Assembly: GCA_030141605.1 (NCBI GenBank)
Contig: JAQGDQ010000193.1
Location: 248,001 to 312,000, forward strand
Reading direction: 5' to 3'
DNA: 64,000 bases
Source of the DNA: Tubiluchus corallicola
Taxonomy: Eukaryota; Animalia; Priapulida
In this document: positions 24,601 through 36,100 of the stretch, piece after piece
Numbering within the stretch: the first letter of the stretch is position 1
Layout: each line of letters opens with the position of its first letter
Program-made: the position numbers and the translations under genes
Notes under the pieces: model-generated
The model's input: only the letters and a program-made list of their open reading frames with translations
What the model was told of the DNA's origin: nothing
Database searches by the model: none

Positions 24601-27600
24601 TGGAAAATGTCTACTATTAGAAGCTGATTTTCATAACTTTCTGACTAAATTTCAGAATGGCATTATAATGAGCACATAATAATGGTTAACCATCCTTGGC
24701 TAGAATTAGGGTATCTACTTTTCTAAGAGAAATAACAATGATCCCTGAATTTACAGAAATGCAAAGGCTTTGAGCTAACAAAATAACTTCAAATTTAAGT
24801 CACGTTTGTGCATCACCAACTTGAAATGCACAAAAAAACACTTGTTACAATTTAACAAACAATCCGATCAGAAGTTGATTCAAAGGTTATATTTAAAAGT
24901 GCATTAGCTAGGTCTGTCTGTTGTCAGGTACAGGACATCTTTATCATTTGGTGTTCAGTTGATAATGGGAATTTAGTTGTCAATGATTTTTAGGATTTAA
25001 GCTGGAAGTCGATTAGGCATACAATCTTGTCATCTGTCACAGAGATATGCAAGTTAGTGATGTAGGTAAGTGAATTTCGTTAAATGCCATAAAAAGAAAT
25101 AGTTAGTAAGTTATAGTAGCACATAATCAGCAACTATGAAAAAATTTATATTAAGTTTACTGATTAAGTGAAGATCTTTGAAAAGCCAATGCAAAATTTA
25201 ATCCTTGAAATAGTTGAAAAGTGCTGTCATTCGTGGTATGTACTTTTATAAAGTACTTTTTTGGTTAAATATGACAATCGTGATAGCTATCTATTTCTTT
25301 CAGGAGCTGCCGTCCTAATGGGCCTCATCAACTGAATAGACTTGCCCCATTAATTTGAAAGTGCTGCTCTCACACAGTGCAGCTCTATCAAACTTACAGG
25401 TTAGCAGCACAAGTCTATTCAGCTTATGAGGCCAGTTGAGGTAAAAGCTCCCGAAAGAAAAAATACTCTATTTTGGGACTGTAAAGAACATTCAACATTT
25501 TTGTTCACCTTAAAGATGACAAGGCTCAGGCTTTCATACCTTAAGTATCACGAGAACTACTTTCATCACGTTATTTCATGGTACATGTAATTATTACTAC
25601 TGTATTTTCTTTTACGTACCTTTGCCCAATAGCGGAATGCAATGCCAAGTGTACGGCACCTAGAGTCAAGCATACAATATGTTCTTAACAGATTACAGGT
25701 TTTCCATGAAAGTTCTGTGCTAGCTGTAATTGAGCAAGGCAACATAGTTGTTTTGTCTGTGAATGCTACTGCTGGCACCTTCAGTGAAAATTTTCTCTCC
25801 AAATCATGAAACTGATCTTGAAAATGCAAAAATCACAGTGTAAACATTCATTTATATTGAATTAATTGAAAATGGTAACAAATTGGAAAAGAATTTTAAG
25901 ATACACCCTTCAAATCTCCTTAACTGAAACATTTACAGCTTGTAAAAACTCCTTCACTGTGCTCCACTCTTTACAGAATGCTGAAACAGTTACAAAAATC
26001 GTTTTTTGTAAGGAAGTACGTGTCAAATTTTGCAAAACGAAGGTCGCTAAATTGAAGAAAATCACAACTGAGGAAAGCTGTGAACCTCATACAAATCTGG
26101 TGATAGGTCTACCACAGAGGTTGTCTTGCAATTTTTAAATTTATAAGTCAGCATTCTGAAATGACCAATGACTGTTACTATGCTATTTTACAAAACAAAT
26201 TCATTACTAAAAATACCTTTATGTTCTTGTAAACAATTAGCAGTTTTTATCAAAAACTCTGGAACGTTTTTGTCGCACGAATGAACAAGGTCGATGTTAA
26301 CATCACTGGATTTCAGTCCAAATCCACTAAATGTGGAACCGTACAGTCTACAAATCCCACCTACAAGTAATTATAAAGGAATATGTCTGAAAAACCTGCA
26401 ACCATTGATATCTATAATCACATGTCTGAAAGACTACGTATGGTATTATGACAGAACAAAAACATTGTGTTATAACAGGTTTTTTTATTTCTTACTGAGT
26501 ATGCTACAAGCCATCATCCAATATTGCTGTTTCAGAACACAACTCTGACATAGAAGTTTTGGCCATAATCGAACGCACAACCATCCTACCTCAAAGACGT
26601 TTATATAACCAGTAACAGTATGGCATTGTAGAACAATCTGGTAGCAAGTTTTTTAACAGTAACCACTAACTTAACTAGTCAGGCCTAGTTGTTTAGCTTT
26701 GTTGCCCATTACACACCGTGACCACTTGGTTATCCACTCGTCCTCGTATACCAATTACACTCACCTGGTACGTCGGCTGCCATTATCCTATTTAGTCTTG
26801 TCACAATGTCTTCCCTGCGTTTATACTCTTCTGTACTCAGGCCATGTTCACGTGCAATTTGTTCGAGGAACTGAGTTAAAGCAACCAGATGAGCTTGACA
26901 AGGAACAGGCAGATCACGAAGAAAACGCTCCTCCTTTCTCAACTATCAGTTCAGAAAGATGAGCAAATGAATGAACAAGTTTCACAACAGACAAATAGAT
27001 TATTAAGGATAGAATTTCTCATTACCGAATCTGGTTTTCGAATCTAAAAACTGGCAAGACAAATGATTAACAGAACCTTGACATAATTTGCACGTCTCGT
27101 AGATGATTAATTAAAGGCACAAAACTTACCTTCATCAAGCGCTGGTGTCTTTGCTCAGAGATATGCTTACGAGAGATGGACACAGTATCACAGTGGTACT
27201 CACAAAGACGGCAGTAATACCTGGCTTTTGGAAACCGCAATGATTTCTAGAACAGCAATTATATAAGAGGGCTTATAGTAATAGCATAGAACCTTATGCA
27301 TTACACACGTATATAGATATATTCAGAATAGTGACATAGTTTATTGAATTCGCGTGCAAATTTAGAATTCATATAAGCAAGTGCGTAGATATCAAAACGA
27401 GAACGCAAACGAAACGTATAACTGCAATGTTTGGCTTTACTTGCTTAGTTCAACACCTTTTTCAGTGGAAATAGTTCTTCTTTTTCTAGTTCGGCTAAGA
27501 CTTCACGACTGGGTTTGCTCTCATCCAGAACGTGTTCAGGTGTGGTTGTCAACTCTGGAACTAAAAAACAACATATTATGAAATCACACTACAAATTACA

Positions 27601-29699
27601 AAAATGGACTAGTTAGCAGTATAATAACAACATTTAAGTAAAGCAATTTAATTTCTATGCAAAGAACAAAAACATTTACAGCTTCAATGTAATTTCTATG
27701 CAAACAACAAAACATCTGTTAGTCAGTCAGGTATGGGACCCTTACTATCTCAAGGACATCCAAGCACAAGCTGTGGACATGATCATAGGTCTTGAAGGAC
27801 TCTCATACTCGTAAAAACTGCAAAAATTAGACCTGGAGAGACTTTCTGCAAGAAGACGTTAGGGGTGACTTATTGAAGTGTTTAAGATTCTTAAGAGTCC
27901 TACTGACATCAATGCAAACCCAGTTTTTATACTCAGTAGAAGCATTACATGTGGGCATAGTGTCAAATTGTTCAAGCATGGGGTTAATACTGAAAGTATC
28001 GGCATAGTTTTTTCACATGTCGAAGTGATACTGTGGAACTCATTACCAGTATCATTAGCGAGTGCAGATAATGTTAATAGTTTCAAATAAACTTGATTCA
28101 GAATTTCGTGCGAGAAACCTCCAGTTTTTAATACCAGTTTGGTATATTAAGAAAAGAGTAAACCAACAACAAATAATTGCACACGGGTGTTCTTTGGCTA
28201 GCTACTTAGTCGATGAGAGATTGGTGCAAGATATGGAAATAAGGGTTTACTCACTTCAATTTAATTTCTATGCGAACAACAAGACATCTTCCAAGATAAA
28301 AAATCAAAAATTTTCATTTGAATAATGCGGAAAATTACTAATAGAATAAGTAGTTTCATATCTCTGGCAAGAAGCCTGATTATCTATTGTTCGACCAAAC
28401 TTTGATAACATTAAGGTACCAAACATTAATCTGTGCATTAAACAGGATAGTGTTTTAAACTTCAAATGACAAAAAATGTTATAAGTTTATGAATTTGATA
28501 CCTATTGTTTCATTGCACGTGCTCTAAAATGAAATGCACTTGCCTACTTAATTCTACGGTGTACAATATTTGTATAAACACTTCACTACATTTAGATAGA
28601 AAATAAGGATAGAAATAACAGTATAAATAGTGACACGTGGTAAATATAAACAGTTGTTCCAGCCAGATTATGCTCATCAGCTGCTTATAAATGTTTGAGG
28701 GAAGAAACACTCCATCCTGAGAACAAAAACCTGCTGCATCAAATTCTGCATAAGGCAGCACATACAGAACACGCACAAGATTAGATAAAAAAACACACGC
28801 AATGCGTACACGGCGAACAGCTGTGCGACGCATATTTGAAGCACACAAAATTTAATGCAGCTACTAGCCAGTAAGTATATATTAAAAGTACCTTGACTGT
28901 TGCTAGTTTCCTTTAGGCGCTTATTATTTTTATTTGCACGACGTTTGGAGCCGGTTTCAGAATTCTTTGTTTTTTGTTCTACCTTGATACTTTTTGAAGC
29001 AGCATCAGCCTGTTCAGGCACATCACGCTCTACAACGTTAGGTGAAACGTCCGTAAACTGCTGCTTCACAGGTAATGATGATTTGTTTGCACTTTTGCTA
29101 TCACTGTCTGCCACCCGCGGTAGCGGCGACGGCAAATTCGTATCCGCTTGAGTGAAATTGACTAGTTTAGGTGCAGTGTTTTCAATACCATTCTGCGGCA
29201 CCCGACTTGTCTTTGATTTCCTTGGCTCCCGGCGTTTGCTCTTTACTTGAGCTACATTTTCGACTATCACAGTGTCCAATGCATTGTCCGATTTTTTATC
29301 AACAACCCCTGTTGAGCTAGAACTGCTTTCCCTACTTGTTTTTCTGCTACTCTTTTGCTGCTTGGCATCAGGATATGATCTCTCGCTTGAAGAGGTCGAA
29401 GGACTGTTCTTGAAACTTGAACGTGGTGAACTCTGGTTCTCAGGTTTACCGGCGAACCACTCTTTTTTCTGCTGTCCTCTGTTTCGACGATGAGGAGGAG
29501 TGTACACAGTTGCCTCCTGGGAATATGCATTTTCTGCAGAACCACGAGGCTTTCGCTGCCTCGTCACACTGGACCTGCTAATAGGTGGTGCCTCAGTGGG
29601 CTTGTTGACCGACTGATACTGGTCAGTGCGAGCACAAAGCTTACTAAACAAGTGACTGACTTCAGAGGCTGCTGCATGTTGATTATGCTCTTCTGACAT
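3629..29699 (-). CDS. TUT4/TUT7: Terminal uridylyltransferase of the TUT4/TUT7 (ZCCHC11/ZCCHC6) family, 26 coding exons, ~2380 aa
   Basis: Exons (-): 29699-28892, 27560-27457, 27246-27130 (C2H2 finger YCRLCEYHC..KH..EQRH), 26942-26765, 26360-26217 (LYGSTFSGFGLKSSDVNID, inactive NTase), 25816-25620, 24502-24389, 24065-23838, 23534-23363, 22948-22739, 21535-18849, 17218-17168 and 16743-16647 (CCHC CAMCQKLGHLKQDC), 16410-16324, 15580-15483 (LFGSSVNGFG..SDMDI), 14834-14673 (AKVPIVKF..EGDISLYN), 13970-13881, 12545-12432 (DASRGSLSSYAY), 12014-11940, 11397-11220, 9109-9062 (DPFDLNHNLG, UTP-selecting His), 8919-8834, 7144-7031 (CCHC CRLCGKIGHFVKEC), 6009-5889, 5420-4744, 3814-3629. Total 7143 nt, in frame, GT-AG introns. 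Confidence 0.95.
8144..8756 (+). mobile_element. TTAA-flanked non-autonomous DNA transposon (Kolobok-like), copy 1
   Basis: Colinear with 42569-43117 (shared taggtcaaaacaatctactcttt, aaaaacaggtgctgtacctctcagttcagatgt, gtgcaacacgctcgtagaatattttt). Both copies begin TTAA|AG and end YY|TTAA with weak TIRs. Confidence 0.7.
9692..9765. repeat. (CA)/(CG)-rich microsatellite
   Basis: acacacacacgcgcgcacgcacacg..cacacacacgcacgcacacatac. Confidence 0.7.
10360..11183. mobile_element. Degenerate pogo/Tigger-like MITE
   Basis: Left end TA|CAGTCAAAACCTCGTTAT, right end ..ATAACGAG; subterminal GGCGATAAGGCGAGG-type repeats at both ends; right TIR eroded. Confidence 0.5.
12949..13585. repeat. 58-bp minisatellite, ~11 near-identical copies, in a TUTase intron
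   Basis: Unit aaataactacatacccgggtaatcccacttgactcattcacttagttattaaacaatg repeated head-to-tail with no spacers. Confidence 0.95.
15950..16246 (+). pseudogene. Inverted duplicate of TUTase exon 13970-13881 with its flanking intron sequence (pseudo-exon 16138-16226)
   Basis: + strand ttttgcag|GCACAGTACAACACAGAATGCTAAGCTTG..GCTTTTGACAAA|gtaag matches the - strand exon with 10 substitutions and one 1-nt deletion over 90 nt; ~180 nt of upstream intron and ~20 nt of downstream intron also align. Confidence 0.9.
18208..18637. repeat. Two ~100-bp direct repeats (18208-18307 and 18539-18637)
   Basis: gtgtcacaaacaccatg..ctattgttccagct.ggctgtggcttgct..tgagtgaaattt..tcattagcg.acaa occurs twice. Confidence 0.85.
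25291..25465. repeat. Inverted repeat (arms ~25291-25344 and ~25410-25465), each arm a decayed hammerhead-ribozyme-like motif
   Basis: ggcctcatcaactgaatagacttg pairs with caagtctattcagcttatgaggcc, plus outer tttctttcaggagct/agctcccgaaagaaa. The inverted repeat is clear; ribozyme ancestry is inferred. Confidence 0.6.
27800..28100 (+). mobile_element. Degenerate 3' fragment of a CR1-type LINE ORF2
   Basis: Translates with stops and frameshifts as RR*GDLIEVFKILK..GHSVKLFK..FSH..LWNSLP..VNSFK, the typical CR1 C-terminus. Bracketed by a ~35-bp direct repeat (ttcaat.taatttctatgc.aacaacaa.acatct at ~27683 and ~28255). Confidence 0.75.
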
Positions 29700-29732
29700 A
29701 TTGCAATTACACTTCACTATCGGTGCTCATAT

Positions 29733-32700
29733 CTAGATAAAAATATGAGTGTCAAGTATTGCTTTATCTTAATTAAATTTTCAAGTAATTAAGTAATTTT
29801 TTTTTGTATTGCTGCTGTTGCTGTTCTTGGACAAACAAACACGGCATCAATGGCATGTAATTTTTTTATTTCACGTAAACAATCAACTTATTACTTATGG
29901 TTATCCCGAACTGGTTTATCTAGATCAGATTAACAAAACTTTACATCTTGTATGTACTTTACACATCTTTCGTAAGTCTTTTATCATAGTATTTTATAAA
30001 GGGTGAAAGCAAATGGCACTCACAAAATGTATCAAAAATAATTTGGGGTTTTTCTCTTCACTATCATTGGTTTAGTTGCTTGTTGAGAAAACAAAGATAT
30101 CGATCACGAGGGTGTAAAAATAAAAAAGTCTGAATTGAGTCACAGATAACATATGTATTTTGAGAATAGGATTATATAGCACAAAGATGAAGTTCAAATT
30201 TGACCTAAAAATAAGAGGAAGATGCCCAAGAGAAAATTTTCTAATGCTGTTTTTGGTTTGGGCACCTTCCTTGGTATTTTTATCATACATGTAATTCTTT
30301 TCTGGCCACCTATTTAAGACAAAGTCAGGCACAAAGAATTGGAGAAAGTCTGGGAATTCATTTCAGACTTGACCTTAATTACTGCTTGCATCACGTCCTT
30401 CTCTTTTTCATTTTCTGATGTCTTTTTCTTTTTCCATTGCTAAATTATACAATTTTTATGTAACAGTATTTAACGGTTTATGTAGTATTTAATGTGCATT
30501 GCTTTGCCAATGTACATTGTATGCATTTGTGCAAATAAAACTGAATTGAATTGAATCTCATGTTCCATAGGATGGTCAGAATACTAGGTCATTCTTCCAC
30601 TATGCACTACACAGTTTTTTCCACAACGTCATTCGCTTTTCATACTTTGAGGGTGCAGAAGACTTTTGTCTTCAAAACACTGTAAAGCAGAATGTTATGT
30701 TTTGCAACGTAGCACTGTTTACGAGTTTGTTGCCAGAAAGGCAACACAATAGCTAGTGTGTCGTTACTATACAGTGGAGTCAACAATCACTTTCTGGTGT
30801 TTCACAATCAAAGCAGAACTCAATTTTCATAATCAAAGCAGGAAGAATGGATCTTCAAGGCCCAATTTCATTAGAGATGAAACCATGCAATTTAGTAATA
30901 TTAGTATCAAATTTCAAGTTATGCATAGTTCTTTTAAAAAAGCATTTAAATGTTACATATGACCTTTATAGACCAAATTCTATGGCTACTGGCTAGTGTG
31001 CCTGAAACTTGAAAAATTATATTGATCACAGAACGCTTGCTGAACAGAAGTTGAAAGAATTAAAATCAGCAACACTGTTTGGGCAAAAAAGATTGATGGA
31101 GATATACCTATAACATAGACGAGTGGCCAAAATCAGGAATCTATTAAACAAACGCTTGGAAAATAGATTACTGAACACACCAAGTTGGAAAATATGAGTA
31201 GAAATAGAGACTGCATTTTATTGTTGACAAATTGTCCAGCTACAAGATTTGAGCTATTTTGGTAGAATAATCCCAATTGCAGTATACCATTGTGTAGAGT
31301 ACAGTAGGTATTCCACCAAAACCTCCTATGTGCTAGCACTCTCAGAGTCAATTTTAAACTTGTATTATAAGAACATATTTGATAGGAAACACTAATGTGA
31401 CATTACAAACATCTCAGGTAAAATCACGTGAAAATACACTCACTTTTAAAGGTGCTAGCGCATAAAAAGGCGACTCGTCGTACATTGGTAAACCACTAAA
31501 GGCATTACAAAAGCAGTCTCTTTCCAAAATTTACTAAATATTATTACTTATTCATATGGCAAACTTCGAGTGTATTATTTTGCTTCGAAAGGGACATTCC
31601 ACATTGCACATGCGCACCACTTTATCCAAAGAATGAACATTTTTTAAGCAGTTATCAAAATTATATAAAATAAAGTAATCTACTGCAAGCACAAATCTGT
31701 TCTCGCAGCTTCATTGAAATAGTTTGATGTTAAATAATTATATAATATAAAAAACAAAAAATAAAACTGCCTCGTTGGTAGCGCCGTCTACTCCATGTCT
31801 GCTACAAAATTTACAAAACATGGGAAGGTACTCAAGGTACTGTTGATTTTTGTAAAAAAATAAATAATTATGCATTAAATTTTGCTTAAAGCGGAATCTG
31901 CTTAGTGTATATTGCAAACTACAAGGATCTGTTGAGATTTTTATTTAAGTTATTAAACTTCAATTAATTGAAGTAATATATAGCGTGTACTTCCTAAACA
32001 TCTTATTCTTAGGAATAATTACCAATCATACAATTATACATGTTTGGTTGCCACTGTTGTGACAAAGTTAATTTAAAAAGGCAAAAGTTGCGTACTTTGG
32101 GCAGCTATGTCCTTCTAAAAGTTTTCGTTTTACAGTTTTTTAAACCAAAATTCTTCGTAATGCGTTAACTCCATCAAATTGAAGGCTCTAATACATGCTT
32201 GTACTCTCAGCTTTGTAAATGTCGTGCTAACGTGAAACATCATTCAGTGCAAATTGGCTGCTCCTGAACTATTACATGTTGATAACTAACGTGCAAATTT
32301 CTAACCATTTTTTTATTTGAGAGTGATAAGCCTATCCACTGTACATGCGAAATTTAATGAATTAACGCGTGTGCTAATTTGTCCCACTGATCAGATACAG
32401 TTAAGCAGCAGCTAAACGTCTGGGACAATAGGGACATGCGTGACTGACAGTACATGTATATGGATGAATTTACAGTTGAAGCACTAAGTAACATACTGTA
32501 GTGCCGCTAAGTATTGTTTGATTGTACAACCAAATTAAACTTTCAAATAAGCGATTATTTAATTCAAACTTTTGTCACAAAAATTGTGCCGCATGAAGAG
32601 CTAGCTGTAATTATGGTAATGATGCAACTGTCTGCTGCTGCTGCTTTGAAACTGCATTTATGGAGAGCTTATTTAAAACGTGCCTTGCATGTACGCTCTC

Positions 32701-33100
32701 TACATGCCACTGTTAGAAACATACATAAGGCTTAGTAGTGTTAAGCATTAGGAATCAGTAAGCAAGCAACTTTTTAACTAGTTTTGACTATTAGTTTTAC
32801 ATTGGTTTACAAATTTAATTGAAATTTACCAGAACTGGTTTACTAAATAAAACAAAGTGGCAAAGTGAATAAAGGTACAGTGCCTCATTTTCCTGAATGA
32901 AGCCCGAAATAACATTCTTAAGTTAACTTCAGCTTCTGAAATTGTGTGAGGTAGTGATTTTTTTCATTAATCCTACTTTTCTTTGCCCACTAAGATTTTT
33001 TTTGGATAAAATTGACAAAATATTCTAAAATAATTATTTGAGATGTATTCGATATAATAAATCCATTTGGTATTTTTAAATTCCATAAACTTTTTTGCAG
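29733..33100. promoter_or_regulatory. Divergent intergenic/5'UTR region containing the promoters of the TUTase and REXO1
   Basis: Both ATG exons are preceded by acceptors (29733-29734 on -, 33099-33100 on +), so upstream non-coding exons probably lie between them. E-box CACGTG ~31425, NRF1-like TGCACATGCGCA 31605-31616, CpG patch ~31770-31790. TSSs cannot be placed. Confidence 0.5.
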
Positions 33101-33150
33101 GGTATTTTATGATTTCAACCCCTTATGACTGATGCTTAATAACAAACAAG

Positions 33151-36100
33151 ATGCTACCATCCTCTGGATATTTCAAAACAATTCCTTGTCCATTCTACAA
33201 GAATGGTTTGTGTGAAAGGCCGTACTGTCATTTCAAACATGTAAAGCCGGAGAAACCGTCAGGTAAGGTGCAAACGGATCTTGAGTAATCCTACTTCTGG
33301 GATCCCGAACTCTAGCCATTTTTCCAGCTCTTGGATTTGAACTGCAGTCTTGGGAATATTTATAGATTTGTTAATTCTATACCCATTGGTGATCTATTAG
33401 ATTATCGGGGACTGGTTGTTCAAGGATAAATAATCACCGAGAACAGTTTTCTGATTACACATAACTTCATGAGCTACTACTGATTAGTGTCACTACAGTG
33501 ACACTTTGAAATTTTATTCCATTTAGACAATGACACAGTTACCCATATTCTTTGCTTAGAAAGTGCTGGTGCGAAAAAAGAAGCAAAACAATTTAGGGTT
33601 TGGCTATGTATTTCGTGAATAGGTTTGGTTTGTAATCACTCTAACTCATCTGATATAAAATCTGGAATAAATATTTAAAGGAAAACCGGACGATTGTGTA
33701 AACATTAGCTCAGAATAAACAATGCTCTAAAATATTGAAAACTACAATAGCTGTTTCTAAATCGAAGGTTTGATTAAATAATAATTGCCTCGGATAGTCA
33801 AATTTCGGTAAACTATCAAAGCTTAGTAGGTTCAGTGAATCTACTAAGATTGGCAATGGCGCCTTTTTGTCACATTCGCGTGGCCGACAAATAGTAGGTG
33901 GTACCGGGATAACCAAAATCATGAACTGCAGTATTAGTTTCTGATATCATATGACGTAGAGCCCATTTTCGTGACATCACGCATTTAAGCAGTACTGTAA
34001 CACTTACGCAAATGTACTTGACATGCAAGAGAAGATGCCTGTCATTGCACAAACTGTGGTTAGTTTCTGACATAAACAATAGCTGTGTTCGGTTGTCATT
34101 AATTAACTTTCTAAGCTAATTATTCAAATACAAGAAACAATCGCTAACTCTTATAGGAAAGAAAATGTATATTTTGGACAGTAAATTAAAATGAGATTTA
34201 TTGTCCGGTTTTCCTTTAACATCACAATTGTTAATTAATGTTTTGGCAAATTCATTAACTATTCTTTTTGTTTTTAGAATCCAGTCTTCTGTCCGAAGTA
34301 AACGTGTCAAAGCCGTCTGGTTTATCATCTAGTTTAGTACTGGATTCTGGCAAAGATGATTTACTTGGAATGGTGACCAATGCACTCCATCAAATGCAGC
34401 AAGTGGTTCTGAGAGAAACAGAAAAGAGGTAGTAACAAACAATTTGTGTAGTTTAACATGGCTTCTCTGGTGTTTCTTAGTCATTGAATTATGTTTAGGT
34501 CCTCTTCAGCTTACAAGTCTAGAAGCTTTATGCTGTCATGCAGCATTCGTCGTCAGTCCACCATTCACGATTTGAGTTTAAGCCATTTATACTTGAAACA
34601 CTTTGAATAGCTTTCGTATTTTTGGTATGGGCTTCTTTTGAGACAAGATGGTGGTAAAGGTCAAATGTCATTCTGAGGGCACATCCAGAACCTCAACAGC
34701 TGGTGCATGTAGTGGGTTGATGTGTGCCAACTCACTATAAGAAATTAGTGTGGCTTGGCACCCACTGACAACCCATATATAAAAGAATTTTGCCCTCTTT
34801 TCCCTGAGATGGAGTTAAATAGAGAGGATCCAGAATGGTGGGTATAGCATGAATCTGTCACTTATTGACAATCCAACATTGATTTTATTTTTTCCAGGGC
34901 AGATACAGGATTCAAAGAATATTGGAAAAAAGTATAGTGATATAAATGCAGCTTTTGTCCTGCAAAATGTCAATGTACATGTTAGGTGATGAACTGATAG
35001 ATGACAATTTTTGGGATATGGCTTGCAATGACCTTCCTCCCAGGGGAAGGGAGTATCCAGGATGGTGGGTATAGTGGAGTATGTGTTAGCTCAAACACGG
35101 AAGTGCATTCACCTATTGACAACACAACTATTAAAAAAATATTTTATTTGCTCCCTAATCCCCAGGGAGGGAGGATCCAGGATTTCAACATTTGTAAATA
35201 TAGTGTTGTCTTGCTGATGGATGAGAACTTTTTAGTAATGCGTTATACATTAGCTGTCGGATAGAAAATTCGAGACAGAAAACTCTATAGTCTGAACATG
35301 GCATAACAGCTGGCTTATCTAGCATATCATTTCTAAAATTTGTTCATATTTTCAGACACGGCATACCTGCATATGTACCTTAGTTGATGCTAGTACCACA
35401 TTTTAAAAGTTTGCAAAATAGTTTGAGTCTTACAATTAAGATTACAGCTTTAACTTACAATCATTGTTAAATGTTAAATGAAAGGTTTACTTACAGGAAG
35501 AGCGAATATCAGTCTACTTCTGCCACTGGAAATGCTTCTTACAAGCCAACTCCGCTTCCTGACAGTCGCAGTCATGTGGCACATCGACAACATCACGTGC
35601 GATCAGAAATGGCTAAGAAGTCTTCAATTCCCGCCTACAATCCCACGCCGATTTCACGTCTAAAGCGCACTAGCTCAGCAAGAGAAAAATGTGATTGGAG
35701 AAAGCCAGTTAAGATAACAGCACAATCACCTGCAAGAGCAGAAAAAATAGTTGAAAAATATTCGCCACAAAGGACACACAATTTAGGCAGCAGATCACAC
35801 GCAAAGTATGTGCCAAGTAGTGTCGTTCATGCAAATGCTTTCGCAAGCAATTCGAGCAGTCTATCACTGCCTAAGCCAATCTGTGCCAAGTCCAGGGAAC
35901 AACTAAACAAGGCAAGTGATCAAAGTCAAGTTAATGCTGATGTGGATGAGTACGATCCTGCAGCTGAGATCGACAATAAACAGCTCGAATCTGTGCCAAA
36001 GTACTGTGCTACCAAGAAGCTTGTCAGTGAACTGCCAGAACAAATGGCACCTAAAGTTAAAAAGGAGCCCACAGAGGATGATTTTTCTGAATGGGACGAA

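Noticed and set aside
26217-26360. Inactivating loss of DxD in the N-terminal nucleotidyltransferase fold
   Set aside because: SDVNID is the normal inactive state of the TUT4/7 N-terminal module, so it is neither novel nor a pseudogene sign.
28677-28891. Hydrophobic C-terminus of the 346-aa ORF as a membrane anchor
   Set aside because: It is read-through into the intron past the donor at 28891.
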